A DNA stretch of 62,582 nucleotides, filler included, from Chiloscyllium plagiosum (lineage: Eukaryota), in the NCBI RefSeq assembly GCF_004010195.1. It is 4 parts of one record of this genome, joined end to end, with 100 filler letters (N's around TTAATTAATTAA, not from the genome) between each part and the next. Parts side by side here need not be neighbours in the genome. Positions count along the whole stretch, not along the records: positions 1 to 16,571 come from NC_057713.1; 3 more parts are not named here. The stretch is one strand, 5' to 3'. The notes under the pieces are model-generated. The model made no database searches, was not told the origin of the DNA, and saw only the letters and a list, made by a program, of their open reading frames with translations. Both the position numbers and the translations under genes were made by a program. Each line of letters opens with the position of its first letter. Within the stretch, counting starts at the first letter, position 1. This document shows, in pieces, positions 1 to 10,698 of this stretch.

Positions 1-132
1 CTGTCGGAGGGTCAGTGCTGAGGGAGCGCCGCACTGTCGGAGGGTCAGTGCTGAGGGAGTGCCGCACTGTCGGAGGGTCAGTGCTGAAGGAGCGCCGCAC
101 TGTCGGAGGGTCAGTGCTGAGGGAGCGCTGCA
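1..132. repeat. 33-bp minisatellite (about 4 copies, runs off the window)
   Basis: Unit ctgtcggagggtcagtgctgagggagcgccgca. Confidence 0.95.
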
Positions 133-3100
133 ATAGTTTACTTAGAGATTTTTTCTCCCATTTTATTATTTTCTTGGTTGTCTTTTGTTGATTATTAAAA
201 CTTGCCCAATCCTATGGCTTACCATTAATCCTTGCTTTCCCTTTCCTGGTTAACCATGGTCGGTTTATCCCCTTCCTAGAATCCTTCCTCCTGTCTGGAA
301 TATATCTTTGTTGGGAGCCATAAACGTGTTTTTAATTGTCTGCCATTTTTCCTCAAAGCATTTGTTGTTAAACTCACACCAGCTGCGCCCTCATTCCTAT
401 GTAATGATCCTTATTTAAGTTTAGCACAGTTGTTTCTGAGCCACGTTACTCCCTCTCAGACAGAATGCTGAATGTGGCCACGTTATGGTCACTGTTTCCA
501 TGGGGATCTTTTACTCTCACATCATTTATTAAACCTGTCTCAACACACATGACCAGACCCCAAACAGCCTGATCCCTGGCTGGGGATATTGTTCAAGGAA
601 ACAGTCCAGTGAAGACTACTCCTGCCAATCTGACTATCCCAATCTGCACGATTAAAGTCACCCACTTTGTCACATGCTCTCATTATCTCCTGGTTTATTT
701 TCTATTCTGTACCACAACATTCCCATCACCTCCCTGTTCCTCATGAATTAGTCCCAGTGCCATGATGCTCTTCCTCACTGCAGTCCCCATCTTCCTGTTG
801 GAGAATTGCAGGGACTGAGCTACTGGAACACTGATGCCTGTGTCCCCGTATCTACCTCGGGGGGGGCAATCCCCACACCGCGTGTTTGTTCAGACCCAAT
901 CGATGGAGGGTGAGTGCCCCCTGGAGTGTTAGAAATGGAGATCCCATTCACAACATAAGAGGCAGGGTCAGAATGGAGAGTTGGAGCCTTTCTCCCAGGG
1001 TAGAAATGTGACTTACTGGGGGGACATTGGTTTAAGGTAAAGGTGGGTGAGGGAATGTTTAAAGGGAATGTGAGAGGGTGGTGAGTGTCTGGAATGTGCT
1101 GCCAGAGAAGATGGTGGAAGTTGATCCACTAGCAACGTTTAAGAGGCTTGATAGACATTTGAAAAGCAGGGCATCGAGGGAGATAGGCTGCGGAGTGGCA
1201 CCACGGGCAGTGCAGACATGATGGGCCAAAGGGTCTGTTTCTCTGCTGTGCTGTTCTTTGTTTTATTGTTAATCAGAGACAGCTTTTGGAAGAATTCTGT
1301 TCTGAGGACAACTCTTTGGATGTAACCATGTTCACTTGAGATTGTGAGCAGTTAGGTGGCCCGGCAGTGATCCCTGTAACATTCACCTGGCTGCACTTTG
1401 CCAACATGAGAGTGATCCATTTCTTCGGAGTCTCTGTACGTATCCCTCACCCTCTACACCAGGGATCTCACCGAACCTCAGGGTTTACAGTCTATGGTGA
1501 TCACCGTGAAGCTGCCAATTATTATAAACTCCTGTCTGGTTCACTAGGTCCCTTTGGGAAGGGAGTCTGTCATCCTTACCTGGTCTGCCCTACATGTGGC
1601 TCCAGACCCACAGTGATGTGTGTGATGGTGATCTTGCTGTTTGATCCTACCAGGGGGTAATTAGGGAAGGGGAATAAACACTGTCCCAGCCCACGATGTG
1701 TCCAATGGATCATGAAAACACTGAGCAAAGCCATCCTGATCATTTATCCCGAGTCACCGAGTCATGGAGCATTGAAGAATCCTTCAGCGCATTGAGTCTG
1801 CACCAACCCGTCTACACACACCCCACTTTCCAGCATTAGACCCAAAGCACCGAACGTTGTGATATTTCAAGTGTGCAGTTTCCTGTCTCACTCCCCTCCC
1901 AGATCCCCATCACCCTCTGGGTGAAAAAACCTTTCCTCAATTCCCTCTAAACCTCCTGCCTTTTACCTTAAAATTATATCCCCTTGTTATTGACCCTTCA
2001 AGTAAGGGAACAGCTGCTTCCTTTCCAGCTGGTTCATGTCCCTCATAATCTTACACACCTCCATCAGGTCCCCCCTCAGCCCTCTCTGCTGTAACCTGAG
2101 GCTACCCAGCTTCTCTACATCGCTAAAGTACTCTAACATCCTGGTGAATCTCCTGTGGACACGTTCCAGTGTAATCCCATCTTCCCCATCGTGTGGGGAC
2201 CAGAATTACAGCAACCCTCCAGGTGTGGCCTCACTGAACTCCCGGATGGCCCCAACATCATCTCCCTGCTCTGATCAGTTACCCCTCGGCTGATGGGGGC
2301 AGACCTCCTGCCTGGTGCCATGTGACTGAGTGGCTGAGGTTCCAGGATACGGTGATGGGCAATGGGTGCTGGAGTATTGTCTGTTCCAGCAGCTTTGTGA
2401 ATGACGATCTGTTGTTCAGCCTGTTGCAGTGTTTATTGTAAAGGGCACGAGTGTGATTAGACTGTGAGTTCACTCGGAGGTAATCCACACTACCTCACCT
2501 CATGGCTCAGGGTTATTGAGAAGGCAGGTAGGCCGAAAGAGATGGGACGTGCTAAGTCCGACCCCCTCCCCCTCCCCCTCTCTCTCTCTCGTGTTTCCCT
2601 GCAGCTCTCGGCTCCTGATTGGCACAGAGCCAGGAATTTGAGAGCTTGCAGTGTTGGAATGATGCTGCTTTGGGAAGGTCGAGGGAAGTGGAAAGTTTGT
2701 CTGAGAGTCCTCATTAATCACAGGCAGGCCAGTGTCAGGGAGTGACCCTGGGGAATGTTGGAGCTGGGGATGGGGGCTGAGATGGAGAGCCGATAGGATT
2801 CCCCCACACCCCCACCACTTCCCCAGCCGCCATGCCAATGTAGTCCCCCTCACTCCAGCCTCCCCACCTGTTCCTGCAGAAAGTTCCAGACTGACACACA
2901 CACTTGGCCACACTCGGTGCTCATGGGGGTTAGAGAATTCCTGGGGGGCACAATCCCCAACCCAGAGCAAAGGAGGGAGCTATCCCCCAGGAACAGGAGC
3001 CTCAACTCAACCTGAGAACTGTTCACTGCCGACATAGTGTGTGTGTGAGGGCGTGTGCGTGGGCATGTGTGTGCCTCAGATCAGCAACACTGCCCAGGGG

Positions 3101-3422
3101 CACACTGCGCCAAAACACAGTCTCATTACAATGGAGGCAGGTACACATCACCCCCTCCCCCACCCCTATCACAACCCGTCTTCCCCCCTCCTCCCCTCCC
3201 CCTCTCCCCCACATCCATATCCCACACCCTCTCCGCCATCCCACCCCCTGCCCCCCAACCCACACTCTCTTCCCCATCCAACACACCCGAACTCCACTCC
3301 CCCACACCCATTAACGCCTCTCCCCCATCTGTCAACCCCTCCCCAAATCGCTACCCCCCTCCTCACATCTGCACCCACCACTGACCTCCATCCCTCACTC
3401 TCTATCTACATCTGCCCACAAA

Positions 3423-3597
3423 GTGTAGAGGGAGCTTTACTCTGTATCTAACCCCGTGCTGTCCCTGTCCTGGGGATGTTTGATGGAGGGACAGTGTAGA
3501 GGGAGCTTTACTCTGTATCTAACCCCGTGCTGTCCCTGTCCTGGGGGTGTTTGATGGAGGGACAGTGTAGAGGGAGCTTTACTCTGTATCTAACCCC
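3423..3597. repeat. 71-bp satellite running into a gap
   Basis: Unit gtgtagagggagctttactctgtatctaaccccgtgctgtccctgtcctgggg.tgtttgatggagggaca starting at 3423, 3494 and 3565. Confidence 0.95.
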
Positions 3598-4357
3598 NNN
3601 NNNNNNNNNNNNNNNNNNNNNNNNNNNNNNNNNNNNNNNNNNNNNNNNNNNNNNNNNNNNNNNNNNNNNNNNNNNNNNNNNNNNNNNNNNNNNNNNNNNN
3701 NNNNNNNNNNNNNNNNNNNNNNNNNNNNNNNNNNNNNNNNNNNNNNNNNNNNNNNNNNNNNNNNNNNNNNNNNNNNNNNNNNNNNNNNNNNNNNNNNNNN
3801 NNNNNNNNNNNNNNNNNNNNNNNNNNNNNNNNNNNNNNNNNNNNNNNNNNNNNNNNNNNNNNNNNNNNNNNNNNNNNNNNNNNNNNNNNNNNNNNNNNNN
3901 NNNNNNNNNNNNNNNNNNNNNNNNNNNNNNNNNNNNNNNNNNNNNNNNNNNNNNNNNNNNNNNNNNNNNNNNNNNNNNNNNNNNNNNNNNNNNNNNNNNN
4001 NNNNNNNNNNNNNNNNNNNNNNNNNNNNNNNNNNNNNNNNNNNNNNNNNNNNNNNNNNNNNNNNNNNNNNNNNNNNNNNNNNNNNNNNNNNNNNNNNNNN
4101 NNNNNNNNNNNNNNNNNNNNNNNNNNNNNNNNNNNNNNNNNNNNNNNNNNNNNNNNNNNNNNNNNNNNNNNNNNNNNNNNNNNNNNNNNNNNNNNNNNNN
4201 NNNNNNNNNNNNNNNNNNNNNNNNNNNNNNNNNNNNNNNNNNNNNNNNNNNNNNNNNNNNNNNNNNNNNNNNNNNNNNNNNNNNNNNNNNNNNNNNNNNN
4301 NNNNNNNNNNNNNNNNNNNNNNNNNNNNNNNNNNNNNNNNNNNNNNNNNNNNNNNNN

Positions 4358-4465
4358 GGTCAGAGTAATGGGGTATAAAGGGGGGGTCAGAGTAATGGGG
4401 TATAAAGGGGGGGTCAGGGTGACGGGGTATAAAGGGGGGGCAGAGTGACGGAGTATAAAGAGGGG
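4358..4465. repeat. 27-bp G-rich minisatellite at a gap edge
   Basis: Unit ggtcagagtaatggggtataaaggggg. Confidence 0.9.
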
Positions 4466-5170
4466 AGGGAAGGTTGTAAAATTGGAGCAGGCCATTCAGC
4501 CCTTCCATTCAGCCTGCTCCTCTATTCATTGTGGTCACAGCAGCTCATCAAATTCTAGAAGCTGTTCCTGTTTCTCTCACCAAACCCTCTGATCCCCCAA
4601 GTGCTGTATCCAGCTCCTCATAAATGTTCAGTGTTTTCTGTGACCGAGAATTCCACAGGCTCCTCACACTCTGTGTGAAGACATTTCTCCCCATCTCAGT
4701 CCGAAATGGTTTATCCTGTATCCTTTAGACCGTGAACCCTCAGTTGTCAGCAACACCCCTTCTGTGTTTACTTGTCTCATCCTGTTAGAATTTTATAGGT
4801 TTCTATAGAGATTCCATTCCACCCTCCTTCATTCTCCCAAACTCTAGTAAATATGGTCCTAACTGAATCAGTCTCTACTCAAATGTCAGTCCTGTACATG
4901 AGGCTATTAGGTAAGATCAGAGCCCATGGTGTTAGGGGTAAGGTCACGGATCAAGGATTGGCTGACTGGCAGGGGGCAGTGAGTGGGGATGAACGGATCT
5001 TTCTCAGGATGACAGCCAGTGCCTCGGACAGTTCCACACGTGTCAGAATAGGGGCACAGCTGTTCACATTATACATGAATGATGTGGACAAAGGAACTGC
5101 AGGTATTGGTGCTCAGTTTGCTGATGGCACAAAGATAGCTGGAGGGCCAGTGAGTGATGAGGAAGTGGGG

Positions 5171-5348
5171 AGAAAGTGAGGTCTGCAGATGCTGGAGATC
5201 AGAGATGGAAATGTGTTGCTGGAAAAGCGCAGCAGGTCAGGCAGCATCTAGGGAACAGGAGAATCGACGTTTCGGGCATTAGCCCTTCTTCAGGAATCAT
5301 TAGCTTTGAAGAAGGGCTAATGCCCGAAACGTCGATTCTCCTGTTCCC
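5171..5348. mobile_element. Short fold-back Penelope-terminal-repeat insertion (family 1) with two inverted hammerhead motifs
   Basis: 14-bp TSD atgaggaagtgggg (5157-5170, 5349-5362). Perfect 42-bp inverted repeat 5251-5292/5307-5348. Interrupts a CR1 RT region. Confidence 0.85.
5266..5293 (-). ncRNA. Minimal type I hammerhead ribozyme motif
   Basis: CUGAAGA-A-GGGC-UAAU-GCCC-GAAA-CG-UC. Helix III is reduced to the palindrome ACGU and helix I is short. Activity untested. Confidence 0.65.
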
Positions 5349-7049
5349 ATGAGGAAGTGGGGGAACTGCAGAGGGAGTGGACAGGCCGAGAGGGTAGAAA
5401 AACTAGAGGCAGATGGAAGAAAGTGCGGGAAAGTGTGAGGTGATGCTCTTTGGGAGGAAGAGTAGAAGGTTAGACAGTTTTCTAAATGGGGAAAAGCTTT
5501 GGAAATCTTAAGCACAAGGGATTTGGGAATCCTAGTTCAGGATTCTTTAATGGTTAATATGCAGGTTCAGTGAAGGGTTATGAAAGCAAATGTAGCGTCA
5601 GCAATTATGTTAAGAAGGTTAGAATACAAGAGCAGAAATGTACTGCTGAGGCTGTATAAGGCTCTGGTCAGACCAGGGGCAGGTCTGAGGCCCGTATCTA
5701 AGGAAGATTGTGCTGATGTTATTGGGAGTCCAGAGGAAGAATGTTCCCAAGAATGGTCCTGGGGACGAAGGGCTTGTCACATGAGGAGGTGTTGAGGACT
5801 CTGGGTCTGTACTGGATGGTGTTTAGAAAGATGAGGGGATCTGATTGAAACTCAGAATACAGAGATAAACTGGTCATGGTCAAGGGCACAGCCTCAGAGT
5901 GAAGGGACTGCCCTTTAGAACTGAGATGGGGAGGAATTTCTTCAGAGAGTGGTGACTCTGTGGAGCTCATTCTGCAGAGAGCTGAAAAGGCCAAGTCATT
6001 GCGTATGTTTAAGACAGAGCTAGGTAGGTTATTGATTAGTAAGGGGTTCAAGGGTTAGGGGAGAGGGCAGGAGAATAGGGTTGAGAAACTTATCAGCCAC
6101 TTTACTTAGAGAGTAGGGGCTTAGAACGTACTGCCTGCAACAGTAGTAGACTCACCAACTTTAAGGGCATTTAACTGGTCATCGGATAGACATGTGGATG
6201 AGAATGGAATCGTGTAGGTTAGATGGGCTTCAGATTGGTTCCACAGTTCGGCGCAACATCGAGGGCCGAAGGGCCTGTGCTGTGCTGGAATGTTCTATGG
6301 TCGAATCGGGGAGCAGACTCACTGGACCAGATAGTCCAATTCTGCTCCTGCACCTTATGGTCTTCTTCAATTGGTGGATTAGGATTTTATTGTCATGTAT
6401 ACTCCAATACAGTGGAAAGTTCACAACATAGCCATTCCAAACACTATCTTAGATACAAATGTACCTCAGTAGAAAATCCTCGGTCTTAAATCCAATAACT
6501 TTCCCCAACACTACTTTCTGACTAATTCTGATTACTTTCAGTTCCTCCCTCTCAATAAATCCTGTGTTTCCGAACATTTCCGGGAAGTCACTCGTGTCTT
6601 TCTTTGTCAATACTGAACCAAAGTGTGTATTTAGTTGATCAACCCTTGTTTGTTCCCCATTCTAAATTCCCCTGTTTCTGACGGTATGTTTCCAATCTTT
6701 TTCTCTTCACATCCCAATAGAAACTCTTACATTCAGGTTTTATGTTCTTTGCAAGTTTCCTCTTGTACTCTATTTTCGCCTTAATCAGTCCTTTGTTCTC
6801 CTTTGCTGAATTCTAAACTGCTTCCATTTCTCTGGTCTGTTGTGTCTCTGGCCAATTTATATGCATCTCCCTTGGATCTAATATTATCTTATTTTTCCCT
6901 TCTACACCACGGTTTAGTCACCTTTTCCATTTCACTTTTGGGCCAGATAGGAATGAGCAAGTGTTGCAGTTCACTAATGCCCTTTTTAAATGTTTACCAT
7001 TGCCTTTCCACTGTCATCTCTTTACGGAATGTTCCCCAATCTATCAGAG

Positions 7050-7268
7050 GAGAAAGTGAGGACTGCAGATGCTGGCGATCAGAGCTGAAAATGTGTTGCT
7101 GGAAAAGGGCAGCAGGTCAGGCAGCATCCAGGGAACAGGAGAATCGACGTTTCGGGCATAAGCCCGAAGGAGGGGCTTCCTGAGGAAGGGCTTATGCCCG
7201 AAACGTCGATTCTCCTGCTCCTTGGATGCTGCCTGACCTGCTGCGCTTTTCCAGCAACACATTTTCAG
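7050..7268. mobile_element. Short fold-back Penelope-terminal-repeat insertion (family 1)
   Basis: 16-bp TSD ccccaatctatcagag (7034-7049, 7269-7284). 82-bp inverted arms 7084-7165/7188-7269 with about 3 mismatches. Confidence 0.85.
7180..7207 (+). ncRNA. Minimal type I hammerhead ribozyme motif
   Basis: CUGAGGA-A-GGGC-UUAU-GCCC-GAAA-CG-UC. Confidence 0.65.
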
Positions 7269-8984
7269 CCCCAATCTATCAGAGCCAACTTGCACCTCAT
7301 ACCATCGCGGTTTCCTTCATTTAGATTCAAGATCCTAGTCTCAGAATCAGCTACATCTCTCTCCTTCTTAATGAGGAATTCTACCATATTATGGTCACTC
7401 CTCCCCACAGGGCCTTACGCAGCTAGATTATCAATAATTCCTTTCTCATTACACAATACCTAATCTAGGATGGCTCATGTATTGGTCCAGAAAACCATTC
7501 CTTATACATTCCAGGAATTCCATCTCTTTAGTATTCTTACTGATTTGATTTGCCCAATCCATGTGTAGATTAAAGTCACCCATAATTATAGACATTCCTT
7601 TATAGCAACCTAATTTCCTGGTTAATGCCATCCCAATATCACCCCTATAGTTTGGGGGTCGGTATACAACATATATTCATGTTTTATGCCTCTTGATGAT
7701 TCTCAGCTCTACACGTACAGATTCCAGATCATTGGCGTTAATATCCTCCCTCACTATTGTGTTAATTTCCTCTTTAACCAGCAATGCAAATCCCCTGCCC
7801 TGTGCTTTCTGTCTGTCTCCTTGTCTGTCCTTCTAACATGTTCCCCCCCACCCCATCATGGTGTCATGTGTAAATTTAGCTGCTGTGCTTTCACTCCCCT
7901 TCCTCACTGCTGCTTTTAGATTGACATCTATTTTTGGAATGCTCCTTAGATCCTCGGCAGTGAAGGCCGATATAAAATACACCTTCAATTAATTCCTGAA
8001 TTTCCTTTATTAATTCCCTAGTCTCACTTTTTATGATCATCCAACACTTTGTTAACTTTCTGACTTTTTTATATTTCTAACCAGCTTTCCCCCATGCTCT
8101 GGTTTTTTTCTCCCTTAATAATTTTTACTCAATCAAGAAACTTTCTCCCTCTCCTGGTCCTTTCTCAGCCAAACGTAACATCAGTATGCACCAAAGTGAT
8201 CCCCAGTCACCTGCCTTCCTTTCCTGATCCTAAACCCAGAATTCTCCCTCCTTTTCCCCATCTCCCTGTAGGAGTTACCCCATTCTGCCTGAGGAAGCTT
8301 CTCTCCTCCCCACTTCCTCTTCACTCTGACCAGATCCCAGTTCATGTTCAGGTCACTGAAATCTCCACATTCTTGTTTTTGCTTTATCGGCTGAGTGAGG
8401 CCAGAAGTGGCTGTCCTCCCCGCCCCCCCCCCCCCCACCCCCGGCTCACTCCGGCTCCCTCTGACTCCCTCCCAGTGGACAGAACACTCCCAGGAGGCTG
8501 CCTGTTCCTGAGCTCAGCACTATCCTGTCCCTTCGACACTGGGAGAATTGGAATTCTTTCTTTAAACAGTGTTTTGAGCCTCCCACTCTCCTGCTTGTCT
8601 GTACTCCCTTTTTCAGTAATTATGAACCAGACCGATATCCCGTGGAAAGTTTCCCACCTCTTGGATTTGTTCACAGGGTGGGCGTGTCTCTGGTCATCTC
8701 GAATTGCCCTGGAGAGGGTGTTCTGAACACTGACTCTGAATATCACACCAACATTCCTCAACATTTTCAATGCTGCTTTTCATTTCTGTTCTAATGGGAT
8801 TTAATAAAACATGGGCTGGGAACACGAGACACTAATTAACAGTTTCTATTCTCATCCTGAGGTCAGCACTGATCACTGAGAATTCAGACTGATTCATCAA
8901 TCACTCAGTACACAGTCACTCTTCAAGGTGGTACATAGAGATTAGGCGTGAGAGTAGACCATTCAGCCCATCCAGCCTGAACAA

Positions 8985-9629
8985 AGAGCAAAGAACATTA
9001 CAGCACAGGAACAGGCCCTTCGGCCCTCCAAGCCTGCACTGATCCAGATCCTCTACCTAAACCTGTCGCCTATTTTCTGAGGATCTGTAGCCCTCTGTTC
9101 TCTGCCCGTTCATGTATCTGTCCAGATACATCTTAAATAACGCTACTGTACCTGCCTCTACCACATCTGCTGGCAAAGTGTTCCAGGCACCTACCTCCCT
9201 CTGCGTAAAGAACTTTCCTCATATCTCTCCCTTAACCTTTCCCCTTTCATCTTGAACTCATGACACCGGTAATTGAATCCCCCACTCTGGGGGAAAAAGC
9301 TTCTTGCTATCTACCCTGTCAATACTTCTCATGATTTTGTAGACTTCAATCAGGTCACCCTTCAACCTCTGTCTTTCTAATGAAAATAATCTTAATCCAC
9401 TCAACCTGTCTTCATAGCTAGTGCCCTCCAGACCAGGCAACATCTAGTGAACCTCCTCTGTACCCTCTCCAAGGCATTCATGTCCTTTTGGTAATGTGGT
9501 GACCAGTACTGTATGCAGTAATGCAAATGTGACCGAACCAAAGTCTTACGCAACTGTAACATGACCTGCCACCTCTTAACCAGTCTATCGACCTGCGTTG
9601 CCATCTTCAGTGTACAATGGACCTGAACA
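8985..9629 (-). mobile_element. CR1 3' fragment, same subfamily as 10699-14990
   Basis: Aligns to 10699-11342; the ORF-track peptides are near-identical. Confidence 0.88.
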
Positions 9630-10698
9630 AAACTTTTACCAACAGCTGAGGTCAGGCTAACTGGCCTAGAGTTTCCTGTCTTCTGTAATTTTTAAACAGG
9701 GGTGTTACATTAGGCATTTTCCAGTCCTCTGGGACTCTCCCTGACTCCAATACTCCTGAAATATCAACACCTATGCCTCTACAGTCTCCTCAGCTAACCC
9801 ATCAGAGCCCTAGGGTGTAGTGAATCTGGTCTGGGTGATTTATCCACGTTCCGACCTTTCAGCTTCCCCAGAACTTCTCCTGAGTGCCACTGCACTCACC
9901 TCTGCCCCTAACTCTCCTGAAGTTCTGGTATTCTGCTGGTATCTGCCACTGTGAAAACTGATGCAAAATATCTATTCTGTTCCTCTGGCATTTCTTTGTT
10001 CCCCATTACTACTTCTCCAGCCTCCTTTCCAGTGGTCCAATGTCCACTCCTGTGTCTCTCTTTTACGCTTTACTTATCTTTTTAAAAAAACTCTTGCAAT
10101 CTTCTTTCATATTACTAGCGAGCTTACTCTCATATTTCATCTTGTCCCCCACATTTCTTTTTCTGCTGGTTTTTCAAGGCTTCCCAAAGGATTCCAACTA
10201 ATCTTATCCATATTGTATGCTTTTACTTTTGCTTTTTTGCTGTCTCTGACGTACCTCGTCAGCCATGGTGTTGCCTTGTCCTCCCCTCAGTATGGTTCTT
10301 CTTCCTTGGGACGAATTTCTGCTGTGCCTCCCAAATTATATTCAAAACTCGACTGTCTTCCCTGCTGGGCTGCTCTTCTAGTTAACTCTGGCCCGCTCCT
10401 CCCACATGTCTTTGTAGTTAGCTTTACTGTCTGAACAGACAGGTTACTTTTCTGCTGAGGATGGTAAATAATACAAAGTGAGATGGAGCAGAAGGATGAA
10501 AAATTGTGGAAAAAATTCCTGAAAAGCAGCAATGACAAAAGAAACGTCCTGTGTCCAAGCAATTGTTTACAAACAATTAAGGAAGATAGATAAATATAAG
10601 CAAACAGAAAATCATTTATAATACACTCTACAAAGACTGAATGATGAAGTAAGCTACTAGGAAGAGTTTAACATTATACAAAGTCTATAGAAAATGCA

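Larger units (their letters stand above)
4890..6362 (+). mobile_element. CR1 RT/3' fragments (host of the 5171 insertion)
   Basis: QFADGTKI and LEYKSRNVLLRLYKALVRP motifs; a second CR1 3' end is nested at about 6100-6300. Confidence 0.8.
6480..7790 (-). mobile_element. CR1 endonuclease-region fragment (host of the 7050 insertion)
   Basis: IIMGDFNLH..DW..FLECI..GFLDQY and SDHN motifs. Confidence 0.8.

Noticed and set aside
1..132. 33-bp direct repeats (and 54816-55355) as a CRISPR array
   Set aside because: Head-to-tail repeats with no unique spacers and no cas genes, in a vertebrate context.
3041..3451. Pro/His-rich ORFs (also 20428-20847, 34341-34952, 47883-48288)
   Set aside because: C/A-rich low-complexity or tandem-repeat sequence.
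3527..4508. Long ORFs here and at 18856-19623, 27044-27725
   Set aside because: Almost entirely N-gap artefacts.
8094..8726. 210-aa ORF as the missing KCNH2 exon 5 or exon 1b
   Set aside because: No similarity to the expected ...HNVTEKVTQ or ERG1b sequences, and the ATG-initiated candidate ends in the wrong phase.
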